The position numbers were made by a program, and so were the translations under genes. From the NCBI GenBank assembly GCA_964478625.1, contig CAYZJH010000012.1, positions 8,087-72,086 on the forward strand: 64,000 nucleotides of DNA. The letters run 5' to 3'. The notes beneath the pieces are model-generated. The model was given only the letters and a program-made list of their open reading frames with translations. It was not told the DNA's origin and made no database searches. This document shows positions 47,039 to 56,388 of the stretch, piece by piece (positions within the stretch are counted from its first letter, which is position 1; each line of letters starts with the position of its first letter). Origin of the DNA: an uncultured Desulfobacteraceae bacterium. Lineage in GTDB: Bacteria; Desulfobacterota; Desulfobacteria; Desulfobacterales; SKZT01.

Positions 47039-49156
47039 ATGAATTTTAATGAACGCTCAAACTGCGGAGATTTGAGCCTCGGCCTGACAGGCCGGAAAGT
47101 GATCCTTGCCGGTTGGGTGGATGCTTTGCGGGACCATGGTGAAGTCCTATTTATCCACCTGAGGGACCGAACCGGTATCGTCCAGGTGGTTTTTGATCCG
47201 GAAACAACCCCACCGGAAGTATGTCGATCTGCAGCTGCTTTGCGAAATGAATACTGTATCATGCTAAACGGGATGGTAATTCGCCGAAAGGAAGCCACCC
47301 AAAACCCGAACATCGAAACAGGACAACTGGAGGTGGTGGCTGAATCGTTCCAGCTTTTAAGCCGGTCCGAGTCGCTTCCTTTTCCAATCAGTGAAAAATC
47401 CATGCTTGCAGGGGCAAGCTTCCAGGGCGGGGAGGCTGTCCACGAAGATCTGCGACTGCAATATCGTTTTCTGGATCTTCGCCGCCCTTCCATGCAAGAG
47501 CGTCTGGGTAAACGACATCAGATCATGCGGTGTATCCGAAACTTTCTGGATGAGCGCGGCTTTATCGAGATCGAAACGCCGATGTTAACTAGAAGTACTC
47601 CTGAAGGGGCTCGTGATTATCTGGTTCCCAGCCGTCATTATCCCAGTCGATTTTATGCACTTCCACAATCCCCCCAGCTTTTTAAACAACTGCTCATGGT
47701 AAGCGGTTTTGAACGGTATTATCAGATTGTCCGATGTTTCAGGGATGAAGATCTTCGGCCCAACCGTCAACCTGAGTTCACCCAGCTGGATCTGGAGGCA
47801 TCCTTTATTGATGAAGAATTCATTTATTCGCTTTTCGAAGAGCTGGTGACGAGAATATTTTCCGTGGGCGGAATCAGCCTTGAGAAAAATTTTCCTCGCA
47901 TGAGCTGGAAAGAGGCCATGGAATCCACCGGAACGGATCGGCCCGATCTTCGTTTCGGTATGACTTTTATTGATGTCACCGATCTTTTTTCAGATACCCG
48001 TTATTCTATTTTCCGGCAAATTATTGAACGCGGAGGATGCATTAAAGGTATCAATGTAAAAGGCCAGTCAGAAAATCTCAGCAAAAATATCCTCCAGAAT
48101 GAATATGCCAAAGAAATCGTTCCAGGGTTCGGTGCCCGGGGAATGACCTGGATGAGAGTTGCAGACAGTCATCTGGAATCCAACATTGTACAGTTTTTCA
48201 GTCCTGAGGAACAACGTGGGATTCTAAACCGTTTTCAAGCGGAAAATGGTGACGTGCTTCTCATGATTGCCGATTCGTCCTGGCATACGGTCTGTTCCGC
48301 TCTGGGTCAGCTCCGGCTCCATGTGGCAAACCGTCTCAACCTGATTCCTCAGGGTGTATATAAACCGGTGTGGATAACCGAATTTCCTCTTTTTGAAGCT
48401 ACCGACGAAGGGTTAACATCCACCCACCATCCATTCACAATGCCTTTACGTACCGGCTTTGATCCCGACAACCCCGATGAACTGTTGAATCTACATTCCC
48501 GTTCCTACGATCTCGTGATGAACGGAGAAGAGCTGGGAGGGGGAAGTATCCGAATCAATGATCAGAACCTTCAGGAAAAAATTTTCAAGGCGTTGGGGCT
48601 TTCCCGTGAGGATGTGGAAGAAAAGTTCGGTTTTTTTCTGAGAGGCCTTTCCTTTGGGACACCTCCTCATGGCGGTATCGCGTTGGGTATGGATCGGGTG
48701 ATTTCCATTATTTTAGGAGCGCCATCCATTCGTGAAGTCATTGCATTTCCCAAAAACCGGAGTGCGTTCTGTCCCCTGACAAACGCCCCAGCCGAAGTTT
48801 CCCGGCAACAGCTTTCGGAGCTGGGCCTTATCGGCGGACAAACCTTTCAACCCATACCTGGAATGGAGATTCAGGCCGACCTTTTGGAAACCCTCTCCTG
48901 GGTATCCCGGATTGCAGTCAATCCGGATGAAAGAGAGACCATTGTGCAAGCCGTGGAAGATGCCGTTGAATTGGCCGGCTTTATCCTCAGCCGTGATGAG
49001 AGTCGGGAGCCGGTTTATTCTGTTGTTTCCTTGAAAAACATCACCAGAAAAGGCAAAGAACCCAGAATCAACCATTTGGCGGCAAAAAAAGAACTGTTTA
49101 AAAATGCGCCGGCCGTCAAAGGCGGTTATTTTAAAGTGGCAAGCATTTTAGAATAA
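47039..49156 (+). CDS. aspS: Aspartate--tRNA ligase (bacterial type with GAD domain) fused in-frame to a C-terminal GatC domain
   Basis: AspRS blocks are LAGWV...RDHGEVLFIHLRDRTG, FRDEDLRPNRQPEFTQLD and GGGSIRI...PPHGGIALGMDR. The last roughly 95 aa (VSRIAVNPDE...REPVYSV...FKNAPAVKGGYFKVASILE) match GatC. ATG 47039 lies 8 nt after GGAAAGG. Confidence 0.9.
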   Translation: MNFNERSNCGDLSLGLTGRKVILAGWVDALRDHGEVLFIHLRDRTGIVQVVFDPETTPPEVCRSAAALRNEYCIMLNGMVIRRKEATQNPNIETGQLEVVAESFQLLSRSESLPFPISEKSMLAGASFQGGEAVHEDLRLQYRFLDLRRPSMQERLGKRHQIMRCIRNFLDERGFIEIETPMLTRSTPEGARDYLVPSRHYPSRFYALPQSPQLFKQLLMVSGFERYYQIVRCFRDEDLRPNRQPEFTQLDLEASFIDEEFIYSLFEELVTRIFSVGGISLEKNFPRMSWKEAMESTGTDRPDLRFGMTFIDVTDLFSDTRYSIFRQIIERGGCIKGINVKGQSENLSKNILQNEYAKEIVPGFGARGMTWMRVADSHLESNIVQFFSPEEQRGILNRFQAENGDVLLMIADSSWHTVCSALGQLRLHVANRLNLIPQGVYKPVWITEFPLFEATDEGLTSTHHPFTMPLRTGFDPDNPDELLNLHSRSYDLVMNGEELGGGSIRINDQNLQEKIFKALGLSREDVEEKFGFFLRGLSFGTPPHGGIALGMDRVISIILGAPSIREVIAFPKNRSAFCPLTNAPAEVSRQQLSELGLIGGQTFQPIPGMEIQADLLETLSWVSRIAVNPDERETIVQAVEDAVELAGFILSRDESREPVYSVVSLKNITRKGKEPRINHLAAKKELFKNAPAVKGGYFKVASILE

Positions 49157-49167
49157 GAGATTAACGG

Positions 49168-50376
49168 ATGAATTCAAAAGTTTTCTCATTTAGCACACCA
49201 TCTTTAACCCTGGAAGAAAAGGACCGTTTGAGGGTGGCCATACAACCGAACATGTCTTGCGAAGGATGGCCTGCAACTGCCGGTTCCATGGCTCTTGAAA
49301 ATTATGTTGCACTGGAAAATGCCACGGTCATCCGGTCATTAAAAAACGCAGGGTCAACAATTGTGGGCAGTTCACACATGTGTGAGCTAGGGCTGGGACT
49401 GGTGGGAGATACCAGTAATCAGGCCATTACAGAAAATCTTGCCGATTTGGCGTTGGTCACCGATCATATGGGTGAAGCTCGTGTGGCTGCCGCTCAAAAG
49501 CGTCTTGCAGGGTTTAAGCCCAGTTATGGCATTGTTTCACGCCTTGGATTGATTGGACTGATCCCCTCCATGGAATGCTGGGGAATTTTGGCCCGCGATG
49601 TTGAGACCATCAAATCTGCAATGGCAACCATTTGTGTCTCAGATGAACAGGACTTTTCCATGCTTTCTGAAAACCTTCCGAGCTTCGACAACGCAATGTC
49701 TTTAAACACTCAATCCGGGGTAATCGGCATTGCAGAGGGATATGAAAAAAGTCTTTCAAAAGCTGAAAATGAAGCCTGGCAAAAGGTCTTGTCAGAATTG
49801 GAAAAAGCCGGATTTCAATTAAAAGCTGTTCAATATCCGGATCCAAGTCTTTTTTCCGCAGCACACCATGTAATCGGGGCTGTTGAAGCTTCTTCAAGTG
49901 CCGGTAAGTATGATGGAGTTCGCTATGGCCACAGGACCGACCGTGCTGAAAACTGGAACGACATGTACCTGAACTCCCGTGGAGAATCCTTTGGAACCTT
50001 CATAAAAGCTTACCTGTTTCAGGGGGCTTATTTTCAGTTTGAAAATTATGCCGCATTTGAAAATGCATGTCGTCTCAGGGGCCGATTACTGCATGAAGCC
50101 GGAGAAATATTCCAACAGGTCGATTGGGTCGCTTCACTCACAATTCGTGAAAACCATGACGCTTCTAAAGTTTCAGGTATTTCAGATTTGTATGAAGCCT
50201 TCTCATTTACCGTTCCGGCAAGCATTACCGGTTTTCCGGCACTTCAAATCCCCGGTATTGCCATTTCCGGAAACACAGATTTTGGTGTTCAGATCACCGG
50301 TCGGTTTTTGAGTGATCCCCAGCTTCTGGCTTTGGGAGAGTATCTGATGCAAAAGGAAGGAGGGCCGGAAAAATGA
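49168..50376 (+). CDS. GatA homolog (amidase-signature family) lacking the Ser-cisSer-Lys catalytic triad; 402 aa
   Basis: Position and flanking blocks match GatA (GFKPSYGIVSRLGLI, FPALQIPG, GVQITGRF). However, IKDN has become IQPN, the GGSSGGSAAAVA segment is absent, and GSDTGGSIRQPA has become VTDHMGEARVAA. Confidence 0.8.
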   Translation: MNSKVFSFSTPSLTLEEKDRLRVAIQPNMSCEGWPATAGSMALENYVALENATVIRSLKNAGSTIVGSSHMCELGLGLVGDTSNQAITENLADLALVTDHMGEARVAAAQKRLAGFKPSYGIVSRLGLIGLIPSMECWGILARDVETIKSAMATICVSDEQDFSMLSENLPSFDNAMSLNTQSGVIGIAEGYEKSLSKAENEAWQKVLSELEKAGFQLKAVQYPDPSLFSAAHHVIGAVEASSSAGKYDGVRYGHRTDRAENWNDMYLNSRGESFGTFIKAYLFQGAYFQFENYAAFENACRLRGRLLHEAGEIFQQVDWVASLTIRENHDASKVSGISDLYEAFSFTVPASITGFPALQIPGIAISGNTDFGVQITGRFLSDPQLLALGEYLMQKEGGPEK

Positions 50377-51800
50377 GATACGAAGCCATTATCGGTCTTG
50401 AGATTCATGTGGAATTAAATACACCCACCAAGCTTTTTTGCAACTGCCCCAACAGGCCGGGAGATGCTCCCAATATCAATATATGCCCTGTCTGCCTTTG
50501 GCTTCCGGGAGCATTACCCCGGCTAAGCGGGGAAGTTTTGGAAAAAGCTGTTACAGCATGTCTTGGGCTCAACTGTACCATTCAGCCTGAAAGTGCATTT
50601 GACCAGAAAGTATATTATTACCCCGATCTTCCAAAAGGCTACCAGCTATCCCAACATCACAAACCTCTGGCCAGAAACGGATATCTTGATATTTTAACAA
50701 ACGGCGGCAAATCCCGTCGACTCGGTATCCACCATATCCACCTGGAAGAAGATGTGGCCAAGCTGCTTCATGAAACCGAAGGTAGAACTCCTGTCAGCCT
50801 GGTGGATTTTAACCGGGCGGGCGCTCCTTTGATTGAGATCGTCACGGAACCGGATATGAGAACTCCTGAAGAAGCCATGGAATTTCTGAAAGTATTGCGC
50901 ACCCAGATACGCTATACGGGTGCTTCCGAATGCAGTCTGGAAAAGGGGAGTATGAGGGTGGATGCCAATATTTCCATCCGTCCGGAAGGCACCTGCGCAT
51001 TGAATACCAAGGTGGAAGTCAAAAATATGAACTCCATCCAGCATGTTGGAGATGCTGTTGCCTATGAAATCAAACGGCAGACCGAATGCATAAAAAAGAA
51101 TGAACCTGTTGTATTGCACACCCGTTTATGGGATCATGAAAAGCGGATGACCTCACCCATGCGTGCCAAGTTTTCAGGTCCCTGCGTACCGGATCCTTCA
51201 GTGCCGCGAATTGTCATGGATGATGATTGGCTTGCCGGGCAAAAAGCCCGACTCCCTGAAATGCCGGCAGTCAAAGTGGAACGATTTATATCGACTTATG
51301 GCCTTACCCGTGACGAAGCCCTGGTCATGAGTCAGGAACGTGAATTATCCGAGTTTTTTGAAAAGTCGGTACAAACCTATCATCAACCCCGTAAAGCAGC
51401 TACCTGGATCACCTCACACCTGGTGCCAGCCCTGAAAGATCAGGAATCATCCATCCGTGAGGCCCCATTGACCCCGGAACGCTTCCATGCATTGCTTTGC
51501 ATGCAGGACCGCGATGAAATCAATGCCAATGCTGCAAAAGAAGTGTTGCTTCAAATGCTGTCGGAAAATAAAACTCCTGAAGAAATTGTTGAAGAGCGCG
51601 GATTTCGTCAGGTATGCGATACAGATGAGTTGGAATCGATTGCAGAGCTTATCCTGGCAGAAAATCCCTCAGGAATTCAGGACTATCGGTCCGGCAACAT
51701 GAAGGTTCTGGGATTTTTTATCGGGCAGGCCATGAAAGCCACTCAGGGAAAGGCTAATCCCAAAATATTAAAGGAACTTTTCATCCAAAAACTGTCCTGA
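50373..51800 (+). CDS. gatB: Aspartyl/glutamyl-tRNA amidotransferase subunit B
   Basis: YEAIIGLEIHVELNT.TKLFCNC, HLEEDVAKL, VDFNRAGAPLIEIV and the C-terminal YqeY-like tail are present. An ATGA overlap joins it to the upstream gene. Confidence 0.95.
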   Translation: MRYEAIIGLEIHVELNTPTKLFCNCPNRPGDAPNINICPVCLWLPGALPRLSGEVLEKAVTACLGLNCTIQPESAFDQKVYYYPDLPKGYQLSQHHKPLARNGYLDILTNGGKSRRLGIHHIHLEEDVAKLLHETEGRTPVSLVDFNRAGAPLIEIVTEPDMRTPEEAMEFLKVLRTQIRYTGASECSLEKGSMRVDANISIRPEGTCALNTKVEVKNMNSIQHVGDAVAYEIKRQTECIKKNEPVVLHTRLWDHEKRMTSPMRAKFSGPCVPDPSVPRIVMDDDWLAGQKARLPEMPAVKVERFISTYGLTRDEALVMSQERELSEFFEKSVQTYHQPRKAATWITSHLVPALKDQESSIREAPLTPERFHALLCMQDRDEINANAAKEVLLQMLSENKTPEEIVEERGFRQVCDTDELESIAELILAENPSGIQDYRSGNMKVLGFFIGQAMKATQGKANPKILKELFIQKLS

Positions 51801-51886
51801 TACCATGGAGTTCAAAATCCGGGTTCCCGGAAGTATGATGTCATCTCATCTGAGATAAAGGGTTTGAATAACGGTTTTGCACGTTC

Positions 51887-53308
51887 ATGATAAATAATGA
51901 TTTCCTCGAACATATCTGTAATCTGCTGGATTTACCACAAGGACAATTTCCCCGACTCTACCTGGTTGGCGGGGCTATCCGAGATCAGTTATTGGGCAAG
52001 AAAACCAAAGATATCGATATTGTTTGCAGAAATGCTAAAATTTTTTCTGAATTCATTGCCCGGGAAAAAAAGGCTACCGTGGTGGCTTTTGAAAAAAAAG
52101 CTCATGAGCCTTGTTATAGAATTATTCAGTGGAAAAACAAAGGGTTTGTTGTGGATATTTCCGAAATGCGGGGAAACAGTATCAACCAAGACTTAGCCTT
52201 GCGGGATTTTACCATCAATGCCATGGCCGTGGAAATCACCATAGGTGGTGTATTGCCGGTACTGATCGATCCCTTGGGCGGCCGAAATGATTTAAAAAAC
52301 AATCTGATCCGGTTATGTTCAGATCACGCCATTAAAGATGATCCCTTAAGAATCCTCAGGGCGATCCGTTTTTGTTCGGAACTAGGATTTACCCTGGAAA
52401 AGGATACGGAGATTTCTATTGGCCGGCAGGCTTCATTTCTGAGAGAATCAGCGCCTGAACGGGTAATGTCGGAATTGATTCAAATTTTTGGTGCCCGAAA
52501 CTGTATTTCTCTTATTCAAAAAATGGATCAACTGGGTCTTTTGGAAGTTGTTTTTCCGGAAATTCAACCCATGAAATCCTGCACCCAAAACACCTATCAT
52601 CATCAGGATGTTTGGAAACACAGCCTGAGTGTGTTGGAACACTTAGAAATTATTTTAAATCACCCTGAAAAATTTTTTGAAGATTCAACCCACCTGGTGC
52701 TGGAATATCTCGGAAAAAATGACCGGATACCCTTATTGAAAATGGCCGCACTTTTCCACGATATCGGAAAACCAGATACCCGCGCGGTGAGCCATGAATC
52801 CGGCAAAATCACCTTTTACGGTCATGATGCCCGGGGAAAGGAAATCATTTCCGATCTGGCGACAAGGCTGAAAATGTCTCAAAAAAAACGGGCCCTTCTG
52901 GAAATGATCGCCGCAGAACATCTTCGAGTGGTAAGCCTTTCTAAATCCGGGGTCAAAAAAAATACCATTATTGGTTTTTTCAGAAAGCTTGGCGATGACG
53001 CCCTTTTGCCAATTCTGCTGAGCATGGCGGATATGAACAGCAAAATGGGGCCACAGGTGAAAGAATCGAACCAAAAGGCATATCTGAATTGGTGTCGAAA
53101 AATTATAAGTGAATATTTCAGTTCCATCAAAAATCAATTGGCCCGAAAGAACCTGATAAACGGAAAAGATCTTATCAAAATGGGCGTGGCACCGGGCCCT
53201 GAGATGGGAAAAATTCTGAAGAAAATCAGAGAGGCCCAGGATTCCGGCGATCTTCGGGACAGAAAGCAGGCGTTGGATTATGCCATGAAAATCAAAGCGA
53301 TGTTATGA
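51887..53308 (+). CDS. cca: CCA-adding tRNA nucleotidyltransferase (class II, with HD domain)
   Basis: LYLVGGAIRDQLLGKKTKDIDIV and RDFTINA are present. The HD region is HHQDVWKHS...AALFHDIGKP. Confidence 0.8.
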   Translation: MINNDFLEHICNLLDLPQGQFPRLYLVGGAIRDQLLGKKTKDIDIVCRNAKIFSEFIAREKKATVVAFEKKAHEPCYRIIQWKNKGFVVDISEMRGNSINQDLALRDFTINAMAVEITIGGVLPVLIDPLGGRNDLKNNLIRLCSDHAIKDDPLRILRAIRFCSELGFTLEKDTEISIGRQASFLRESAPERVMSELIQIFGARNCISLIQKMDQLGLLEVVFPEIQPMKSCTQNTYHHQDVWKHSLSVLEHLEIILNHPEKFFEDSTHLVLEYLGKNDRIPLLKMAALFHDIGKPDTRAVSHESGKITFYGHDARGKEIISDLATRLKMSQKKRALLEMIAAEHLRVVSLSKSGVKKNTIIGFFRKLGDDALLPILLSMADMNSKMGPQVKESNQKAYLNWCRKIISEYFSSIKNQLARKNLINGKDLIKMGVAPGPEMGKILKKIREAQDSGDLRDRKQALDYAMKIKAML

Positions 53309-53753
53309 TGTCAAACTCTCTTTTTGTCACGGGCTGGACTGAAAGACGCATTCCCTTTTTTAAAAGCATCATATTCTCAAGCCCGCTGATTTTTCGAAGT
53401 TCTTTTAAACCGACAGGTCTTGATAATTTTTTTTCAAGCTGAATATCCACCCTGTACCAGATCGGATCATCCGGAGTGCTTTTGGGATCAAAATACCGGC
53501 TTTTGTTGTTCCAAGCCGTATCATCAGGGTAACCTTCTTTAACCACGCGGGCGATTCCCACCACCGAAGGAGTTTTGCCGCTGTGATAAAAAAGAACAAG
53601 ATCTCCTATTTTCATTTGGTCCCGCATATAATTTCGTGCCTGGTAGTTTCTTACCCCATCCCATCCGGTGGTCTGGTCACGACTTTTTTCCAGATCATCG
53701 ATAGAGAATACATTGGGTTCGGATTTCATCAGCCAGTAATTTTTCGGAGTCAT
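53292..53753 (-). CDS. EVE (PUA-like) domain protein
   Basis: YWLMKSEP..FSIDDL......WDGVRNYQARNYMRD.MK.GD.VLFYHS is the EVE signature. Confidence 0.85.
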   Translation of the reverse strand: MTPKNYWLMKSEPNVFSIDDLEKSRDQTTGWDGVRNYQARNYMRDQMKIGDLVLFYHSGKTPSVVGIARVVKEGYPDDTAWNNKSRYFDPKSTPDDPIWYRVDIQLEKKLSRPVGLKELRKISGLENMMLLKKGMRLSVQPVTKREFDIITSL

Positions 53754-53787
53754 CGCGGCCCGTCGTGATCATGAGGTTAATGTTGGA

Positions 53788-54738
53788 TCAAACATGGTTT
53801 CGAAGTTTCAAGTTCACAGGATGCGGATTTAGATATGTCTGTTTTAGGAGATAAGGCTCCTGGTATTTTCTCACAAAATGATTAAAAAGCGTGACAGGAA
53901 CAATCAAAGGGACATTGCCTTTCCGATATTGCCCGATAATTTCTAACATTTCCTGTTTCTCATCAGCCGAGAGCTGTTTTTTGAAATATCCCAGGATGTG
54001 CAACAGCACGTTGATATTTTTTTTTAATGTGGTTTTCAGCTTAAGAGCCTCCAGCAAAAAAGTTTCATAGCGGGTAAAAAGATCGTCCAAGGAATATTGT
54101 TTTCCGTCGGCCACAAGCTTTCCCATGTTTTTGTAATGATTCGGGCTGTGCGAGAGCAAAAGAAGTTTTTGCCGGGTATGAAAATCTACCAGATGGCCCA
54201 AAGTTCGGTTATTTTCTTTAATTTCTCTCCATTTTTTCAGTGTGAAAATGGATTCGATAAAATTTTCCCGTAATTTGGGATCATGAAGCCTCCCTTCTTC
54301 CTCAACAGGAATAAGCGGGAAATGTTCCATGAAAGCACGTGCAAAAATACCCACCCCGTTTTGTGCCGGCATACCCTTTTCCGAATAGACTTTAACCCGT
54401 TCCATGCCGCTGCTGGGGGATTTACTTTTGAATATAAATCCGCACAGGTTCTCATTTTCAAGTTCTCTGACCCGTTGCCTTGCCCAGCTAAGCATACGGT
54501 CGGTGTGGTCAATGTTGGTTTTTGTGGTCATGAGACGCGGTTTTTCAGGATCGCCGACCAAGCGCAAAGATTCTCTCGGAACCGGAAAACCGCTTTCCAC
54601 CTCCGGGCATACCGGACAAAACTCCACATATTGGCCGAGCGTATCCGTGATAAAGCGGTCATGCTTATGGCCCCCGTCAAAACGTACCTTATGCCCCAAA
54701 AGGCAGGCACTGACACCGATTTTGATTTTATCGCCCAT
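53788..54738 (-). CDS. DUF523 (TudS-like 4Fe-4S desulfidase) fused to DUF1722, i.e. RudS/YbgA-type architecture
   Basis: The N-terminus is IGVSACLLG..VR.DGGHK.......CPVCPE (DUF523 Cys ligands). The C-terminal half is DUF1722-like (HLVDFHTRQKLLLLSHSPNHY). Confidence 0.75.
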   Translation of the reverse strand: MGDKIKIGVSACLLGHKVRFDGGHKHDRFITDTLGQYVEFCPVCPEVESGFPVPRESLRLVGDPEKPRLMTTKTNIDHTDRMLSWARQRVRELENENLCGFIFKSKSPSSGMERVKVYSEKGMPAQNGVGIFARAFMEHFPLIPVEEEGRLHDPKLRENFIESIFTLKKWREIKENNRTLGHLVDFHTRQKLLLLSHSPNHYKNMGKLVADGKQYSLDDLFTRYETFLLEALKLKTTLKKNINVLLHILGYFKKQLSADEKQEMLEIIGQYRKGNVPLIVPVTLFNHFVRKYQEPYLLKQTYLNPHPVNLKLRNHV

Positions 54739-54871
54739 GCCCTTTTCTCCTGGATAACAGGGTGAATTTAACTTGTAGTTCCCAAAAAAGGCAGGTTTTT
54801 AGAAAAAATCCTGCCTTCTTTTCGCGATCCCGAAGCAAAACCGCTGAAACGCAACCGATAAACTAAAAATT

Positions 54872-55774
54872 TTATACGGAAGATCCGTTAAATGCAGAGG
54901 CTTTATAAATTGGAAACAAGCTCTCAAATATCGCCGAAATATCATCGGCAATACCAATGCCCTTTTCAATCACATCTTTTTTTTCAAAAGTTTTGGCGAT
55001 CTGTAAATCTATGCGACGTAATCCCTCGGACATTTTATTTAAAAAATCAGAAAGTGAATCCAGAGTTTTTTCCTGTCCCTTTTTATTCATTCTCCATTCG
55101 CCGTTTATGGATTGAATTTTCCAGGCAATATCTCCATCTTTGTTTAACTGATAGATAACCAGATTTCGGTCGAAGGCAAGGTCTTTGAGATGTTGTTCGT
55201 TTTCATTATCCGCAAGCCATGACAAAAAAATATCCCAATCTCCGAGGTTTTTTTCTGCTTTTTTGGAGCGTTCAATGCAGTAACCGCAATATAAGTGATC
55301 TTCATTCAAACGAACAAAAAATTTGCCCTGATAATTAAAAATATCGGAGTTTCGATGCCGAACATCTGCCCATTGAATCATGGGTTTTCGAGCAATGGAC
55401 CAGGACTTGATATCCAAGCGATCAGATTCCGAAAATACTTTGACCGCTCCTCCAAGACATGATCGACGGCGCCAAATTGTTCCGGATACTTTCTTTGAAA
55501 AATCACTTTCTTTCAATCCTTCGAATTTAACACGCCCGCCCCCGGATGCTTTTCTGGCCTTTTTGGCTTTCTTTTCAACAAGCTGCTGCTGTTCAAACTC
55601 CATTCTCTCGATGATCCGCCGCTGAAAATCAATATCTGTTTCAGCCTCTTCTCCGGTTTCCCAACGGATTTGCATGGTATCATCATTGATGGAAAGTACT
55701 TCATAGGTTCCTTTCATGTTTTCATATTTGCCGCCGACTTCAAATTCAATTTGGTTCATTTTTAACTCCTTCAC
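54872..55774 (-). CDS. Hypothetical protein (300 aa)
   Basis: It is a clean ORF with a Lys-rich linker (KKAKKARKASGGG). I recognised no domain. Confidence 0.5.
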   Translation of the reverse strand: MKELKMNQIEFEVGGKYENMKGTYEVLSINDDTMQIRWETGEEAETDIDFQRRIIERMEFEQQQLVEKKAKKARKASGGGRVKFEGLKESDFSKKVSGTIWRRRSCLGGAVKVFSESDRLDIKSWSIARKPMIQWADVRHRNSDIFNYQGKFFVRLNEDHLYCGYCIERSKKAEKNLGDWDIFLSWLADNENEQHLKDLAFDRNLVIYQLNKDGDIAWKIQSINGEWRMNKKGQEKTLDSLSDFLNKMSEGLRRIDLQIAKTFEKKDVIEKGIGIADDISAIFESLFPIYKASAFNGSSV

Positions 55775-55873
55775 CCTTACAATAACACTAACGTTGGTTC
55801 GACCGGAATATCCAAAAATACCCGCAGGGCGAAATAATGATCGGAATATTTTTAATAAATCAGGCCGAACTTT

Positions 55874-55915
55874 AAAAACAAAAAAGGCACCTTGCTACTA
55901 TTTTTGCAAGATGCC
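55874..55915 (-). terminator. Rho-independent terminator (minus strand)
   Basis: The minus strand reads GGCATCTTGC-AAAAATAGTA-GCAAGGTGCC (9 of 10 pairs) followed by TTTTTTGTTTTT. Confidence 0.5.
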
Positions 55916-56388
55916 ATTAAAATTGAAAAAATCGCCTATCTTCAAGGGCCGTCGCTTTTATGTCGCCATCTTCTTGCATAAAAATCTGCCTACCCGGGCG
56001 AATTCAGTTGCCATTTGGATCACGGCTTTTCTGGATCATAAACTTCCCGCCCAAAATCACGGAAAAACAAAAACCGGATTTGAATCCGTTTTTCACCTGT
56101 CCTAACAAAGAATAATCATCTTATAAATTGATTTAACAACAAATTTTATTTTTATTATAAATTCCCAAAAAAATCAAGGCAAAATTTTTAGGTGAAATTG
56201 GCTTCCAGGAATCTGAAATCATTTTATACTCAACATGTGACCCAATGGCTCTCATTTCTTGAGATCTTAAGGAACTTCGGTTTTCGTGCCGGATTGGAAC
56301 ACGGCCGTCCGGATAAGATATCGACATGTTTTTCCCACTGGAAAATAATTCTCATCGAAAATTAAAGGTTTTGCCATATTAAGCAAAT

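Noticed and set aside
46972-47493. 173-aa minus-strand ORF overlapping the 5' part of aspS.
   Set aside because: It is antisense to canonical AspRS motifs, with Arg/Ser-rich shadow-ORF composition.
55716-56105. 129-aa plus-strand ORF in the gap between the 300-aa hypothetical gene and the dienelactone hydrolase gene.
   Set aside because: It has no RBS and spans a terminator hairpin. Its composition is low-complexity and its start overlaps the neighbouring gene on the other strand.
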